DNA from: Candidatus Adlerbacteria bacterium
Lineage (GTDB): Bacteria; Patescibacteriota; Minisyncoccia; Phycocordibacterales; SBAW01
Assembly: GCA_903851045.1 (NCBI GenBank)
Contig: CAINNF010000008.1
Coordinates: 299 to 64,298 of the forward strand
Direction: 5' to 3'
Length of the DNA stretch: 64,000 nucleotides
The notes below the pieces were generated by a model that saw nothing but the letters and a program-made list of their open reading frames with translations, was not told the DNA's origin and made no database searches. This document shows, piece by piece, positions 29,311 to 37,576 of the stretch. The first letter of the stretch is position 1, and each line of letters starts with the position of its first letter. Made by a program: the position numbers and the translations under genes.

Positions 29311-30003
29311 TTATCCGTTCTTACTCTTACGCGGACCAAGCGTCGCGAACATGATGGAGAACATGGCTCGTAGAATTTTTATATTGCCGTAGAAACGGCG
29401 CGAGTAGTAGCGGGAGGTGTCGTTCTGTCGTATCAAAAACGGGATCGGGACGTTCTGTGCACGAAAGCCGCGGTGGATAGCGGTGAAGGTCATCTCGGTC
29501 CCGGCCGAGCGACGGGTGTCGAAACGCTCGGACTGTTCGATCACCTTCCTTGTGTACGCCTTGAAACCGCACAGCGGGTCGATGATGCCGAATCGCAGCC
29601 GCGAGTAGAAAGAGTAGATGTATTCGGCGAGCTGCGGAAAGGAGCTACGCGCACCGACCGTTAGGTCCGCGCGCCCGGCGCGGATCGGCTCCAGCATGTT
29701 TGGTATGTCCTCGGGCCTATGCTCGCCGTCCGCATCTATCGTGATAATGATGTCGGCGTCCATTTGTTTGGCCAAGGTAAAGCCGGTGTTGAGGACGGAG
29801 TTATAGCCGCGATTGATCGGCTCTTGATACACGGTCGCGCCCGCAGTGCGCGCAACCTGTGCCGTCGCGTCGGTCGACGCGTCGTCGACCACAATCACCT
29901 TCGACACGTGTGGGAGCGTGCGCCGAATGATATCAGCAACGGTGCCCGCCTCGTTATAGGCGGGTATGATGGCGATGATGGTGCGGTGATTATCGGATGT
30001 CAT
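29311..30003 (-). CDS. GT2 glycosyltransferase (polyprenol-phosphate sugar synthase-like)
   Basis: Motifs IIAIIPAYNEAGTV...VIVVDDASTDAT and a DAD motif. The start is moved to the internal MTSDNHRT. Confidence 0.75.
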   Translation of the reverse strand: MTSDNHRTIIAIIPAYNEAGTVADIIRRTLPHVSKVIVVDDASTDATAQVARTAGATVYQEPINRGYNSVLNTGFTLAKQMDADIIITIDADGEHRPEDIPNMLEPIRAGRADLTVGARSSFPQLAEYIYSFYSRLRFGIIDPLCGFKAYTRKVIEQSERFDTRRSAGTEMTFTAIHRGFRAQNVPIPFLIRQNDTSRYYSRRFYGNIKILRAMFSIMFATLGPRKSKNG

Positions 30004-31090
30004 GAGCACGAAGCGCGCTGCCAGCCGGTATCGCACTCTTCGCTCGCTTGCCAAGTACCTTCGTGGTCTCAGCGGGGCGCAGGCCAGTCGCGGGTCGTAA
30101 GAATTCTACCATGTCGCGCGTGATCTTCTCCCCCTTCGCGATGTCGCGCATCGCGTAGATGCCGCGACGTTGGATGATGACGGTCTGCTTCTCCGACGGC
30201 ATGACGCGTTTGATACCATCGCCAAGCGCGCGCTCCATCGCGCGGACACTCTCTACCATCTTCGCGAACGCGTCCGGCTCCATGGCGAGGTGGTGGTCGG
30301 GGCCGGGTAGCGTGTGGTCGTCGGTGAAGTGCTTCTCTATCATGCAGCCGCCCATCGCTATCGAACCGATCGGGACCGTGAGCCCACCCAGCGGGTCATC
30401 GCCACCGCCGTCCGGACCAATCGTGTGGTCGGAGTAGCCAACCAGGACACCGGACGTGTCGCGTATCGAGTGCATAGCCTTGAGGTTCGCGTCGGCAACT
30501 GGCGACGGATAGTTGGTCACGCACTGGAGGATGACGATCTTCTCGTTACCCGCCTTGCGGATCGTTTTGATAGCCGCACCCACCTCCTGCATGGTCGAGG
30601 CACCGACACCGACAATAATCGGCTTCTTGGTCTTGGCGACATAGGTGAGGAACTCGTGATTGTCGATCTCGCCAGACCCAAGCTTGTGCGCCGGTACGCC
30701 GACCCGCTCGAGCATATCGACCGCCTCGCGGTCATAGGGGCTGGAGAAAAAGTCGATACCGATCTCCTTGCAGTAGTCCGCGAGCTCTTGCACCCACTCG
30801 TGCGGGAACTCGGACTTCTTGAACATGTCGAAGACGGACTCCTTCCACTTCGCGTGGTAAGAGATCTTGTCGAACGTGTTGAAGCCCTTGTCCGAGACGA
30901 TCTTTGGCGCGGAAAAATTTTGGATCTTGTACGCATCGGCACCCGACTGCTTGGCGAGCTTCGCGAGCTGCTTGGCACGTTTGAGACTCCCATCGAAGTT
31001 GGAGCCTACCTCCGCGATGATATACGCCGGATACCCCGGCCCGATGGTGCGCTTCCCTATCTTGATAGTCTTGGGTGTTTTCATAGCCAT
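29990..31090 (-). CDS. N-acetylneuraminate/pseudaminate/legionaminate synthase (NeuB/PseI family) with SAF domain
   Basis: 366 aa. Motifs IGKRTIGPGYPAYIIAEVGSNFDGSL...ADAYKIQNF. C-terminal SAF/antifreeze-like domain. Confidence 0.85.
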   Translation of the reverse strand: MAMKTPKTIKIGKRTIGPGYPAYIIAEVGSNFDGSLKRAKQLAKLAKQSGADAYKIQNFSAPKIVSDKGFNTFDKISYHAKWKESVFDMFKKSEFPHEWVQELADYCKEIGIDFFSSPYDREAVDMLERVGVPAHKLGSGEIDNHEFLTYVAKTKKPIIVGVGASTMQEVGAAIKTIRKAGNEKIVILQCVTNYPSPVADANLKAMHSIRDTSGVLVGYSDHTIGPDGGGDDPLGGLTVPIGSIAMGGCMIEKHFTDDHTLPGPDHHLAMEPDAFAKMVESVRAMERALGDGIKRVMPSEKQTVIIQRRGIYAMRDIAKGEKITRDMVEFLRPATGLRPAETTKVLGKRAKSAIPAGSALRAHDIR

Positions 31091-31165
31091 ACACTAGTAT
31101 AACTCCCCCACCGAGTCAAAAGTCGCAGAGTATTGGACACAGACCCTAAGCTGCTCAAAAAGAAG

Positions 31166-31918
31166 TTAGTCGGCAAGCACAAGATTGGTTCCTTTTTTGC
31201 CATCAAGGCGCGACTCCTCAGTCGTCGTTTTTTCGAGCGTGCCGCCTGGCACAATTTTAAAGATTGAGTGTGTTTTCGCTAATTCGTCTACAAGAGGTTT
31301 TGAATCCCACGGATTGTATTCGAACACGATAACTGGCTTTCGCTGGAGCAGTTTCGGCATCCCTTGAAAAACCAGTGTCTCCGCACCTTCGACATCAATC
31401 TTTATAAAATGGATATCCGTCGACTGAAAAAGTTTATCCAGAGTGGTACAGGGCACCACCACCTGCCGCCCTTCGTCTTTGTTCTCCAACAAAGAGTGCA
31501 TCCCCATTTTCCTCGACAGATAGAAGGTAGCGGTCCCGTCCGTATCCGAGACCGCGCTTTGCATAATATGCACATTTGTTAGATGTTTCGTATTTTTTTT
31601 CAACAAACGAAAATTGTTCGCATCCGGCTCAAACGCGTACACATTGCCCGTCGGACCGACCAACGAAGACGCGAGCCGAGTAAAGTATCCAAGGTTAGCA
31701 CCGACATCCACCACGGTCATGCCGCTCGTGATGGTGTTTTTAAAATAGTTCGTCGTATCGATCTCGTATCGATTGCGGAGATGGTTCAGTTTTGTCTGCC
31801 AGGTGCAACTACTGGGGGGGGGAATGAGTATCTCGCCAACCACGCCCACATATCGACCACAAGCACCACAGGCTGCTTGAGAATCTGTCGCACTATCGCT
31901 ACTGAACTCATGGAGCAA
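31166..31918 (-). CDS. FkbM-family methyltransferase
   Basis: Motifs VVDVGANLGYFT...YAFEP...KIDVEGAE. Confidence 0.75.
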   Translation of the reverse strand: MLHEFSSDSATDSQAACGACGRYVGVVGEILIPPPSSCTWQTKLNHLRNRYEIDTTNYFKNTITSGMTVVDVGANLGYFTRLASSLVGPTGNVYAFEPDANNFRLLKKNTKHLTNVHIMQSAVSDTDGTATFYLSRKMGMHSLLENKDEGRQVVVPCTTLDKLFQSTDIHFIKIDVEGAETLVFQGMPKLLQRKPVIVFEYNPWDSKPLVDELAKTHSIFKIVPGGTLEKTTTEESRLDGKKGTNLVLAD

Positions 31919-31979
31919 TCATAAATCCTTTAGGTAAAAAATACTACTCACTACGCACCCCATGTTTTCGAACATATCG

Positions 31980-32975
31980 TTACCAAGTCCTCACACCTCG
32001 ATACATCGGCAGGAGGGTGCCGCCGAAGAGGCGTTTGAAGCGGGCTATCGCTTGTTCTTTTGGGGTGCTGTCTTCGGGTTTTTCTTGCCACCCGATGTCG
32101 TACTGTTCGAAGCCGTTCTGTCGCAGGCGTTGCATGATCTCCCACTGCATCAAGTGGCCGAGCCCGCGGTAGGCGAAGCGGGCGTCGGGTAGGAGCGCCG
32201 ACTGGGCGTAGTAGGCAGACTTCTTGTAGGCGAACACCATCGCACACGACACATACTCTCCGCCGTTGGCTGGTGAGCCGAACACGACGAACGCGTCGCC
32301 CCGGCGCACCAGGTCGAACGTCTTCTCCCAGCGCAGTGGTGCGCCGACCTCCTTCCCTGCCGCCGCGAAGTATATCTTCGTGTACATCTGCGCCAGCTCG
32401 TGCGTGAACGATCGCGAGTCGAAACACGAGATAGCGTACCCGGCCTTTTGGGCAAAATGTACGTCGGAGCGGTGCCCTTTTGCCATCGCAGCAAGAAGTT
32501 CTTTCTCGTCCCTGCGAAGGTCGACACATGTGGTCGTGATGGATGTGTCGTCGAACCCGAATGGCACGAGCGGATTCTCGCGAAGCGATGGCGACGACGC
32601 AGCGAGCGGATCGACGAACATAGTCGCCGCATGGACCTCATTCACTTTCGCGAGCCGAGCGACCTCGTCAAAGATCACCTTGAGAATGTCCGCGCGCTCT
32701 TCGGGAGTCACGTCGTGGGCGAGCGCGGGGTACGGCACCGGCGTCCCACCCATTTTGAACTCGCGTTGTCCCTCTGAACCTTGGCACATGAGCGGCACGA
32801 TCGCGACCAGTGCGCCGTCTCGCATGACACCAAAGGAATAGTCGCGAGCGTGTGGGTCGAGCGTCAGACTCAGTGCCATGAATGCTCGCGTATGTCGCAG
32901 CCACGCATCCGGCGAGGTAGCGCAAAAAGCGTCCCAAGCCGTATCACCGATGTCCTGCTGTGCGAGAATGTTCAT
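31980..32975 (-). CDS. FemAB/GNAT-fold acyl- or aminoacyl-transferase-like protein
   Basis: 331 aa. Its size and two-lobed pattern resemble FemAB-family and PseH-like transferases found in sugar loci. Confidence 0.45.
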   Translation of the reverse strand: MNILAQQDIGDTAWDAFCATSPDAWLRHTRAFMALSLTLDPHARDYSFGVMRDGALVAIVPLMCQGSEGQREFKMGGTPVPYPALAHDVTPEERADILKVIFDEVARLAKVNEVHAATMFVDPLAASSPSLRENPLVPFGFDDTSITTTCVDLRRDEKELLAAMAKGHRSDVHFAQKAGYAISCFDSRSFTHELAQMYTKIYFAAAGKEVGAPLRWEKTFDLVRRGDAFVVFGSPANGGEYVSCAMVFAYKKSAYYAQSALLPDARFAYRGLGHLMQWEIMQRLRQNGFEQYDIGWQEKPEDSTPKEQAIARFKRLFGGTLLPMYRGVRTW

Positions 32976-34858
32976 AGTGACGTATATACGAGCAGGTCTT
33001 CTCGCAACAGTGCGGTCATCCGCTCGGACGCATGTCCGTCGAACGAATATCCGTCTCGGATAAAGGCGCTGCTGCGCGCCACCAACTCGGCCGCATACGC
33101 GGGTTCGGTGAGTATCCGCTTCGCGATTGCCGCCTGTGCCGACGGGTCGAACACGGCGGGCGCAGCGTTGGTGTAGATAGGCAGGTGCGGGTCACTGCTT
33201 CGCCACGGAAAGAGCACGAGCGGCTTGCGCGCTATCATCGTCTCGTACATCGCGGATGAGTTGTTCGAACATACCATATCGCTCATTTGGATGCGGAAGA
33301 ACAGGTCATCGCCGACGATCGCATAGTTCTCTCCATCGAACACTTCGTTGATGTACTCTCGATGAAGCGGTGTGCAACTCTGTGTGCCGCGGAACTTGAA
33401 CACGACCTGTGTGTCGGGGAGCGCGCGTTGCATCCCTGCCATCGTGGCGAACAACTGCGCGTTGTCGTACGTGTCGAACACGTGCGGTATCAACGCGGGT
33501 TGGTCCCCCGGTGTCGCGACCAGCACGACTGGTCGGGCTGGGTCGAGCCCGAGCGCACGAACCGCCGCATCACGATCCTCCCGGGGCAAGACGGGCACCT
33601 CTTTGTATCGATCGAAGCGCGGCGACCCAATCGCGCGGATACGGTCCGGCTCGTAACCGTGATTGCGCACATAGATGTCTCGCATGAGCGAGCCGTATGA
33701 GGCAAGGTAGGACGACTCGAGTCGAGACGGTACCCAGTCGGGGTCGAGCACCGCGCCCGCATGTTGGAGCTCTATGGATGGGATATCGAGCGACATCGCA
33801 ACCTTCGCCGCGAGATAAAAATGCGGTTGATGACCGCTCACGCTCGCGCGCAAGACCACCTTTTGGATCTTCTCTTTGGTGAATATCGCCGCAAGCGCAT
33901 CGATATCGTACACCAGACGCTGCGCGTACTCACCGACAAAAAAGTCGAACGCGGGCGCGACAAGCGGCCACAGGGACTCGCCTTCGAACTGGAACTCCGG
34001 CATACGCGCGACCGCCTCGCGCGCCGTGGCCCACTGTGCTTTGAACGCCTGTTGTCGTTCCCGTGCCGCATTTCGCAGCGCCGTGGTCTGTATGTCGATC
34101 GGATGGATCAGGCGTATGCGATGTTTAAGCAGTTGGAGCTTAGGTATGTGGCGCACCTCGCTGCGATCCATGAGCACCAACTCGACATCATCCATCTTTT
34201 GCATGAAGGGTGCTATGTGGTACCAGTTCTCGCTGGCGAACAACTTCAGCGGTTTGCGCGGTACGAAGAGACGCATACAAAGATTCCATACACGCAACAG
34301 CTTGACGACCTTCGACTGCGGCGGGAACGGCAACACGGCACCGGGCGGCGGCGTGCCGAGTTCTTGGAGCACGCAGGCGCCGTCGCGCGCGAGAAAACGG
34401 ACGATGTCCGTGATAGCGTACAGCTCGAACGCGGTGAACATCCCCCCCGACACGGGGATACTGCCCCGCACGTGTGGCACCACCACCCGCACGCCCGGCC
34501 CCGACTCTTGGATCATCTTCTTGAGCGGCGCGAAATAGTACAAGAGGTGCTGGAGATACCCGTCGACCGCCGGTTCGGCCGCTTCGGCAAGCTGGATACC
34601 GCGGTGGGTAAAGAACGCGAGCTCCGGTAGCCGGTACCACTGATGCGCGATATCTTCCACCTTTCGCATCCAGAACGCGCGCTCCTCGTCGGAGAGTCTC
34701 CACTTCGAGAATGACTCGTACGCGACCCCGCGCTTCGCTAACTCTCGCTCTATCCAGAACGTGCACGCGACAAGACGCGGCGGCTGTGGGGCCGCCTGCA
34801 CGAACGACACGATCTCGTCGATCTGGTCGAACTCGAACACTAGTACGATGTCCTGCAT
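32972..34858 (-). CDS. Large GT-B-like polysaccharide glycosyl- or glycerophospho-transferase (TagF/KpsS-like)
   Basis: 628 aa. C-terminal PVVLVATPGDQ...VCSNNSSAMYETMIARKPLVLF resembles the CDP-glycerol glycerophosphotransferase and capsule-synthesis family. Confidence 0.35.
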   Translation of the reverse strand: MQDIVLVFEFDQIDEIVSFVQAAPQPPRLVACTFWIERELAKRGVAYESFSKWRLSDEERAFWMRKVEDIAHQWYRLPELAFFTHRGIQLAEAAEPAVDGYLQHLLYYFAPLKKMIQESGPGVRVVVPHVRGSIPVSGGMFTAFELYAITDIVRFLARDGACVLQELGTPPPGAVLPFPPQSKVVKLLRVWNLCMRLFVPRKPLKLFASENWYHIAPFMQKMDDVELVLMDRSEVRHIPKLQLLKHRIRLIHPIDIQTTALRNAARERQQAFKAQWATAREAVARMPEFQFEGESLWPLVAPAFDFFVGEYAQRLVYDIDALAAIFTKEKIQKVVLRASVSGHQPHFYLAAKVAMSLDIPSIELQHAGAVLDPDWVPSRLESSYLASYGSLMRDIYVRNHGYEPDRIRAIGSPRFDRYKEVPVLPREDRDAAVRALGLDPARPVVLVATPGDQPALIPHVFDTYDNAQLFATMAGMQRALPDTQVVFKFRGTQSCTPLHREYINEVFDGENYAIVGDDLFFRIQMSDMVCSNNSSAMYETMIARKPLVLFPWRSSDPHLPIYTNAAPAVFDPSAQAAIAKRILTEPAYAAELVARSSAFIRDGYSFDGHASERMTALLREDLLVYTSL

Positions 34859-34969
34859 ATACTATATATACCTGTACGCGATACATAATACTACACCGCC
34901 TGCCGACAAAAAGTTGCATACAAAAAAGCCTCGCGCACGGAGCGGAGGCTTTATATCGTTCGCACTGTT

Positions 34970-35707
34970 TCATTCGGCTGCCTCCGCGTCAGGAGACCGT
35001 CGTGCACGCACGGGAACTCTCTCGGCGAGCGTCAGAGTGACCCCGATACGCCGTAGTGCTTTGACCCAGAGACGCACCATGTGCGGTGCCGCCTCTCCTC
35101 CCGCGACCCACCGGTCGATTAGACAAGCAACACGGGAGACGATCGCTTCGTGCAGGCACTGGAACTGACGAGTTCTCGCCTGCGGTGGCGCTTTGTGTGC
35201 GACCTCAAGCGACTCAAGTAGTACGTGGATCGCATACGACATCTGGCCCACATCGACCAGGATGCCGCTCCACTGGAGACTCATCCGTAGCATGTCGACC
35301 ACGTCGCACAGCATCTGCGCACCATGGTACGCTCGCCGTGCGTGGTCGGACGCCTCGGTCAAGGCATCCAGACGCGCTTGACCACGCAGGTCGCGTGCCC
35401 GTCGTTTAGCGATCATCATGTTCGAGTGGTGCACGACCGTACTCAGAATCAGTTGTGCATGATGCAGTGCCGCATCGGCCGCCGCACGGTCCCCCCGCCC
35501 TCCCGCTGTATAGGCAACAGACACGAGCGCATCGATGCTCGGTCGCATACAGGTATCTCCTTTCCATAACGACACACGTGTTCGGAACAACTGCCTCCAA
35601 CCTACCACACTCTCGCCTCTTCGCCATACGCGACACAACAACCTTTCTGTACGCCCACAAAAAGATCCCCAAGAAGCATGTCGCTCCTTGGGGATCGTTA
35701 CTTGCAC
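34970..35707 (-). CDS. Hypothetical protein
   Basis: 245-aa ORF with no recognisable motifs. Confidence 0.3.
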   Translation of the reverse strand: MQVTIPKERHASWGSFCGRTERLLCRVWRRGESVVGWRQLFRTRVSLWKGDTCMRPSIDALVSVAYTAGGRGDRAAADAALHHAQLILSTVVHHSNMMIAKRRARDLRGQARLDALTEASDHARRAYHGAQMLCDVVDMLRMSLQWSGILVDVGQMSYAIHVLLESLEVAHKAPPQARTRQFQCLHEAIVSRVACLIDRWVAGGEAAPHMVRLWVKALRRIGVTLTLAERVPVRARRSPDAEAAE

Positions 35708-35713
35708 AACGAT

Positions 35714-36544
35714 CTAGACGATGTCGCCAATCAGCATGCCGTGGTCACTGCCGGGCGAGAAGTCGAGACGAAAATTCTCGACACTGAACGGATAACCTTT
35801 GGCGCCCGAAAACACCATGATACGGTCCGGTTTGGCGCCGAATTTCGCGGCAGGATGGTGCGGTGCGAGAGTTGTTTGTATCTCTGCGGGCAAAAAGTCG
35901 CGCCCATCCCACTCCTGCAAACTTGCGATCACCTCACCACCTCGATCAGTGTTGGTGTCGGCTGCGAAGACGACGCCACCATGCTGCATGCCTTGGGTGT
36001 GCAAGAATCTCCCAAGAATGCCCGTACTTCTTCTCTGGAGATCCGTATGCACACCACCACGAGTCCAGAACCCGTGGTGAGTCGCGACTCGAATAGTGCG
36101 GCCATCATGAAGCATGACGGTCGCAGCGAGCACCACGCGACTCTCGGTCTCGAGTACGAGCTGGTCAGCCAATTCACTCGGTTCGATGCGCTGGTTGTCG
36201 TTACCGACACCCTGCAAATCTCGCAGGATCCCATCTCCATGGGTGAAACGGAGGGCTCTATCCACCAGCGGGAAGGTTGAGACGATCGCGATCCCCACCG
36301 GCTCACGCCGACCGAAGATGAGATGGTCGGTCATGGGCACAAAAATGGACTGAAACTGCCACAGGTAGCCAAGCACTGAAGCCGGCACGTCCTGGAGACA
36401 CAGGACATGCGCAGGCGGCGAAATAGCACCGCTCCCCACTCCCTTGACCCACGCGAGTGTCGGTGACACGTCGTACGGATCCTTCCCCAAACAACGACCG
36501 AGATTGAGGGTCGCTATACGCACAGGACTCTGTTGACCGAACAC
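35714..36544 (-). CDS. Endonuclease/exonuclease/phosphatase (EEP) family protein
   Basis: 276 aa. IATLNLGRCLG...HVLCLQDV and a C-terminal GSDHG motif. Confidence 0.65.
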   Translation of the reverse strand: MFGQQSPVRIATLNLGRCLGKDPYDVSPTLAWVKGVGSGAISPPAHVLCLQDVPASVLGYLWQFQSIFVPMTDHLIFGRREPVGIAIVSTFPLVDRALRFTHGDGILRDLQGVGNDNQRIEPSELADQLVLETESRVVLAATVMLHDGRTIRVATHHGFWTRGGVHTDLQRRSTGILGRFLHTQGMQHGGVVFAADTNTDRGGEVIASLQEWDGRDFLPAEIQTTLAPHHPAAKFGAKPDRIMVFSGAKGYPFSVENFRLDFSPGSDHGMLIGDIV

Positions 36545-36648
36545 TCGTTCCTCCTCAAGGTGCCGAAATACAAGATAACAAAATGAATCAACCTGTCAAC
36601 AACCCGATTTTAAATTATACGTTGTCGCCTCCGTCTCGTTGGAAACAG

Positions 36649-36904
36649 TGTTACCGCGGGCGTTGTGTTGTGGTCTTGTCTGTGGGGGCGTCTTCGATCT
36701 GTCGGGGGTGCTCTTTTTCTGGGGGCACGGTCATGAGTACGGTGCTTGGGATCGGCGAGGGTTCGATCGTTATCGTGTGATTTGGTGAGAGGTGCAACTC
36801 TTCGAACGAGAGTTTCGTCGCGAGCGGGGTCTTGCCGAACAGGCGCAGGATAGCGTTGGCGATGTCTATCTTGGTTGGGTAGTACGTCTCGGTCAGGGCG
36901 GTCG
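36649..36904. repeat. Direct repeat copy 1 (about 256 bp, about 97% identical to 46250-46506): displaced 3' end of the E1-beta gene
   Basis: Direct alignment of the two stretches, from gttaccg(c/t)gggcgttgtgttgtggtcttgtctgtgggggcg to ctcggtcagggcggtcg, shows only a handful of substitutions. Confidence 0.85.
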
Positions 36905-36968
36905 GAAATGGGAAATGGGGAGGCGTCCGTTTAATCACGATTTCTTGTGGTCTAATGTTAATCTCCAT
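36651..36968 (-). pseudogene. Truncated 3' fragment of the PDH-E1-beta-like gene. It encodes the last about 85 aa, identical to the C-terminus of 46253..47407, with a new junction-derived N-terminus
   Basis: The translation ...TALTETYYPTKIDIANAILRLFGKTPLATKLSFEELHLSPNHTITIEPSPIPSTVLMTVPPEKEHPRQIEDAPTDKTTTQRPR is identical to the tail of the 384-aa E1-beta ORF. Confidence 0.6.
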
Positions 36969-37050
36969 CCGCTATGCGAATACTGTGCAGCATAGCGGGA
37001 ACCAATTACTACACCACACAATTTTCAAATTAAACGGACGCCTCCCCATT
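36914..37050. repeat. Perfect 22-bp inverted repeat (aatggggaggcgtccgtttaat ... attaaacggacgcctccccatt) flanking an about 93-bp spacer with an internal 9-bp-stem hairpin (ccgctatgc/gcatagcgg). It sits exactly at the left island junction
   Basis: Read directly from the sequence. Also preceded by a tandem ggaaatg ggaaatg. Confidence 0.6.
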
Positions 37051-37103
37051 ATCCGCTTCCTGATTGAAGCTAATATAAAAATAATTTTTAACACTTGATA
37101 TGT

Positions 37104-37574
37104 TTATTGGTTAGAAACTAGATGCTCTGCTTTCTGATCAAGAGTAATTCTAGGATTTAATTGTGTAAGTTCTTTAAGAATTTTAGAGGTTGCTTTATTT
37201 CCATACGCTTCCAAAGTCCCAATTATACTTTCGCGTACCACACCTCTCTCATCAATATAACTAACCCTAATATCTGTGAGCATTCCAACAAATGATTTAC
37301 GAAATTTAACAGATTGAATTTTTGAAGTTTCAATAGTCTTGCTAGAAATCCATTTAATCGCTCTTAATTTGTGATCAAAAATTGTAATACGGGCAAAAGA
37401 TGACAGAACTGGAATAATTAGACAGAGAATAAGCGCAAAGGACATTCCTTTTACCATACTCTCCACCGTAGCTGTCCCGGAAGTTATTCCAAGGAGAAAA
37501 AAGGCAAGAAAGAATACTCCAAATATCGTCCAAATGCCCCTTATTAAACTTGGTTGCGGTTTGTAGGTGTTCAT
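37104..37574 (-). CDS. Small 2-TM membrane protein, candidate immunity protein for the Rhs C-terminal toxin
   Basis: 156 aa. Two N-terminal hydrophobic helices (IWTIFGVFFLAFFLLGI, MSFALILCLIIPVLSSF), then an about 90-aa soluble domain. The start codon is 2 nt downstream of the Rhs stop, and the AT-rich codon usage matches the island. Confidence 0.5.
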   Translation of the reverse strand: MNTYKPQPSLIRGIWTIFGVFFLAFFLLGITSGTATVESMVKGMSFALILCLIIPVLSSFARITIFDHKLRAIKWISSKTIETSKIQSVKFRKSFVGMLTDIRVSYIDERGVVRESIIGTLEAYGNKATSKILKELTQLNPRITLDQKAEHLVSNQ

Positions 37575-37576
37575 GA

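Noticed and set aside
35714-37100. Searched the island flanks for an integrase, transposase or tRNA gene
   Set aside because: None found. Neighbouring ORFs are EEP-family and hypothetical proteins, and the repeat is derived from a protein-coding gene, not a tRNA.
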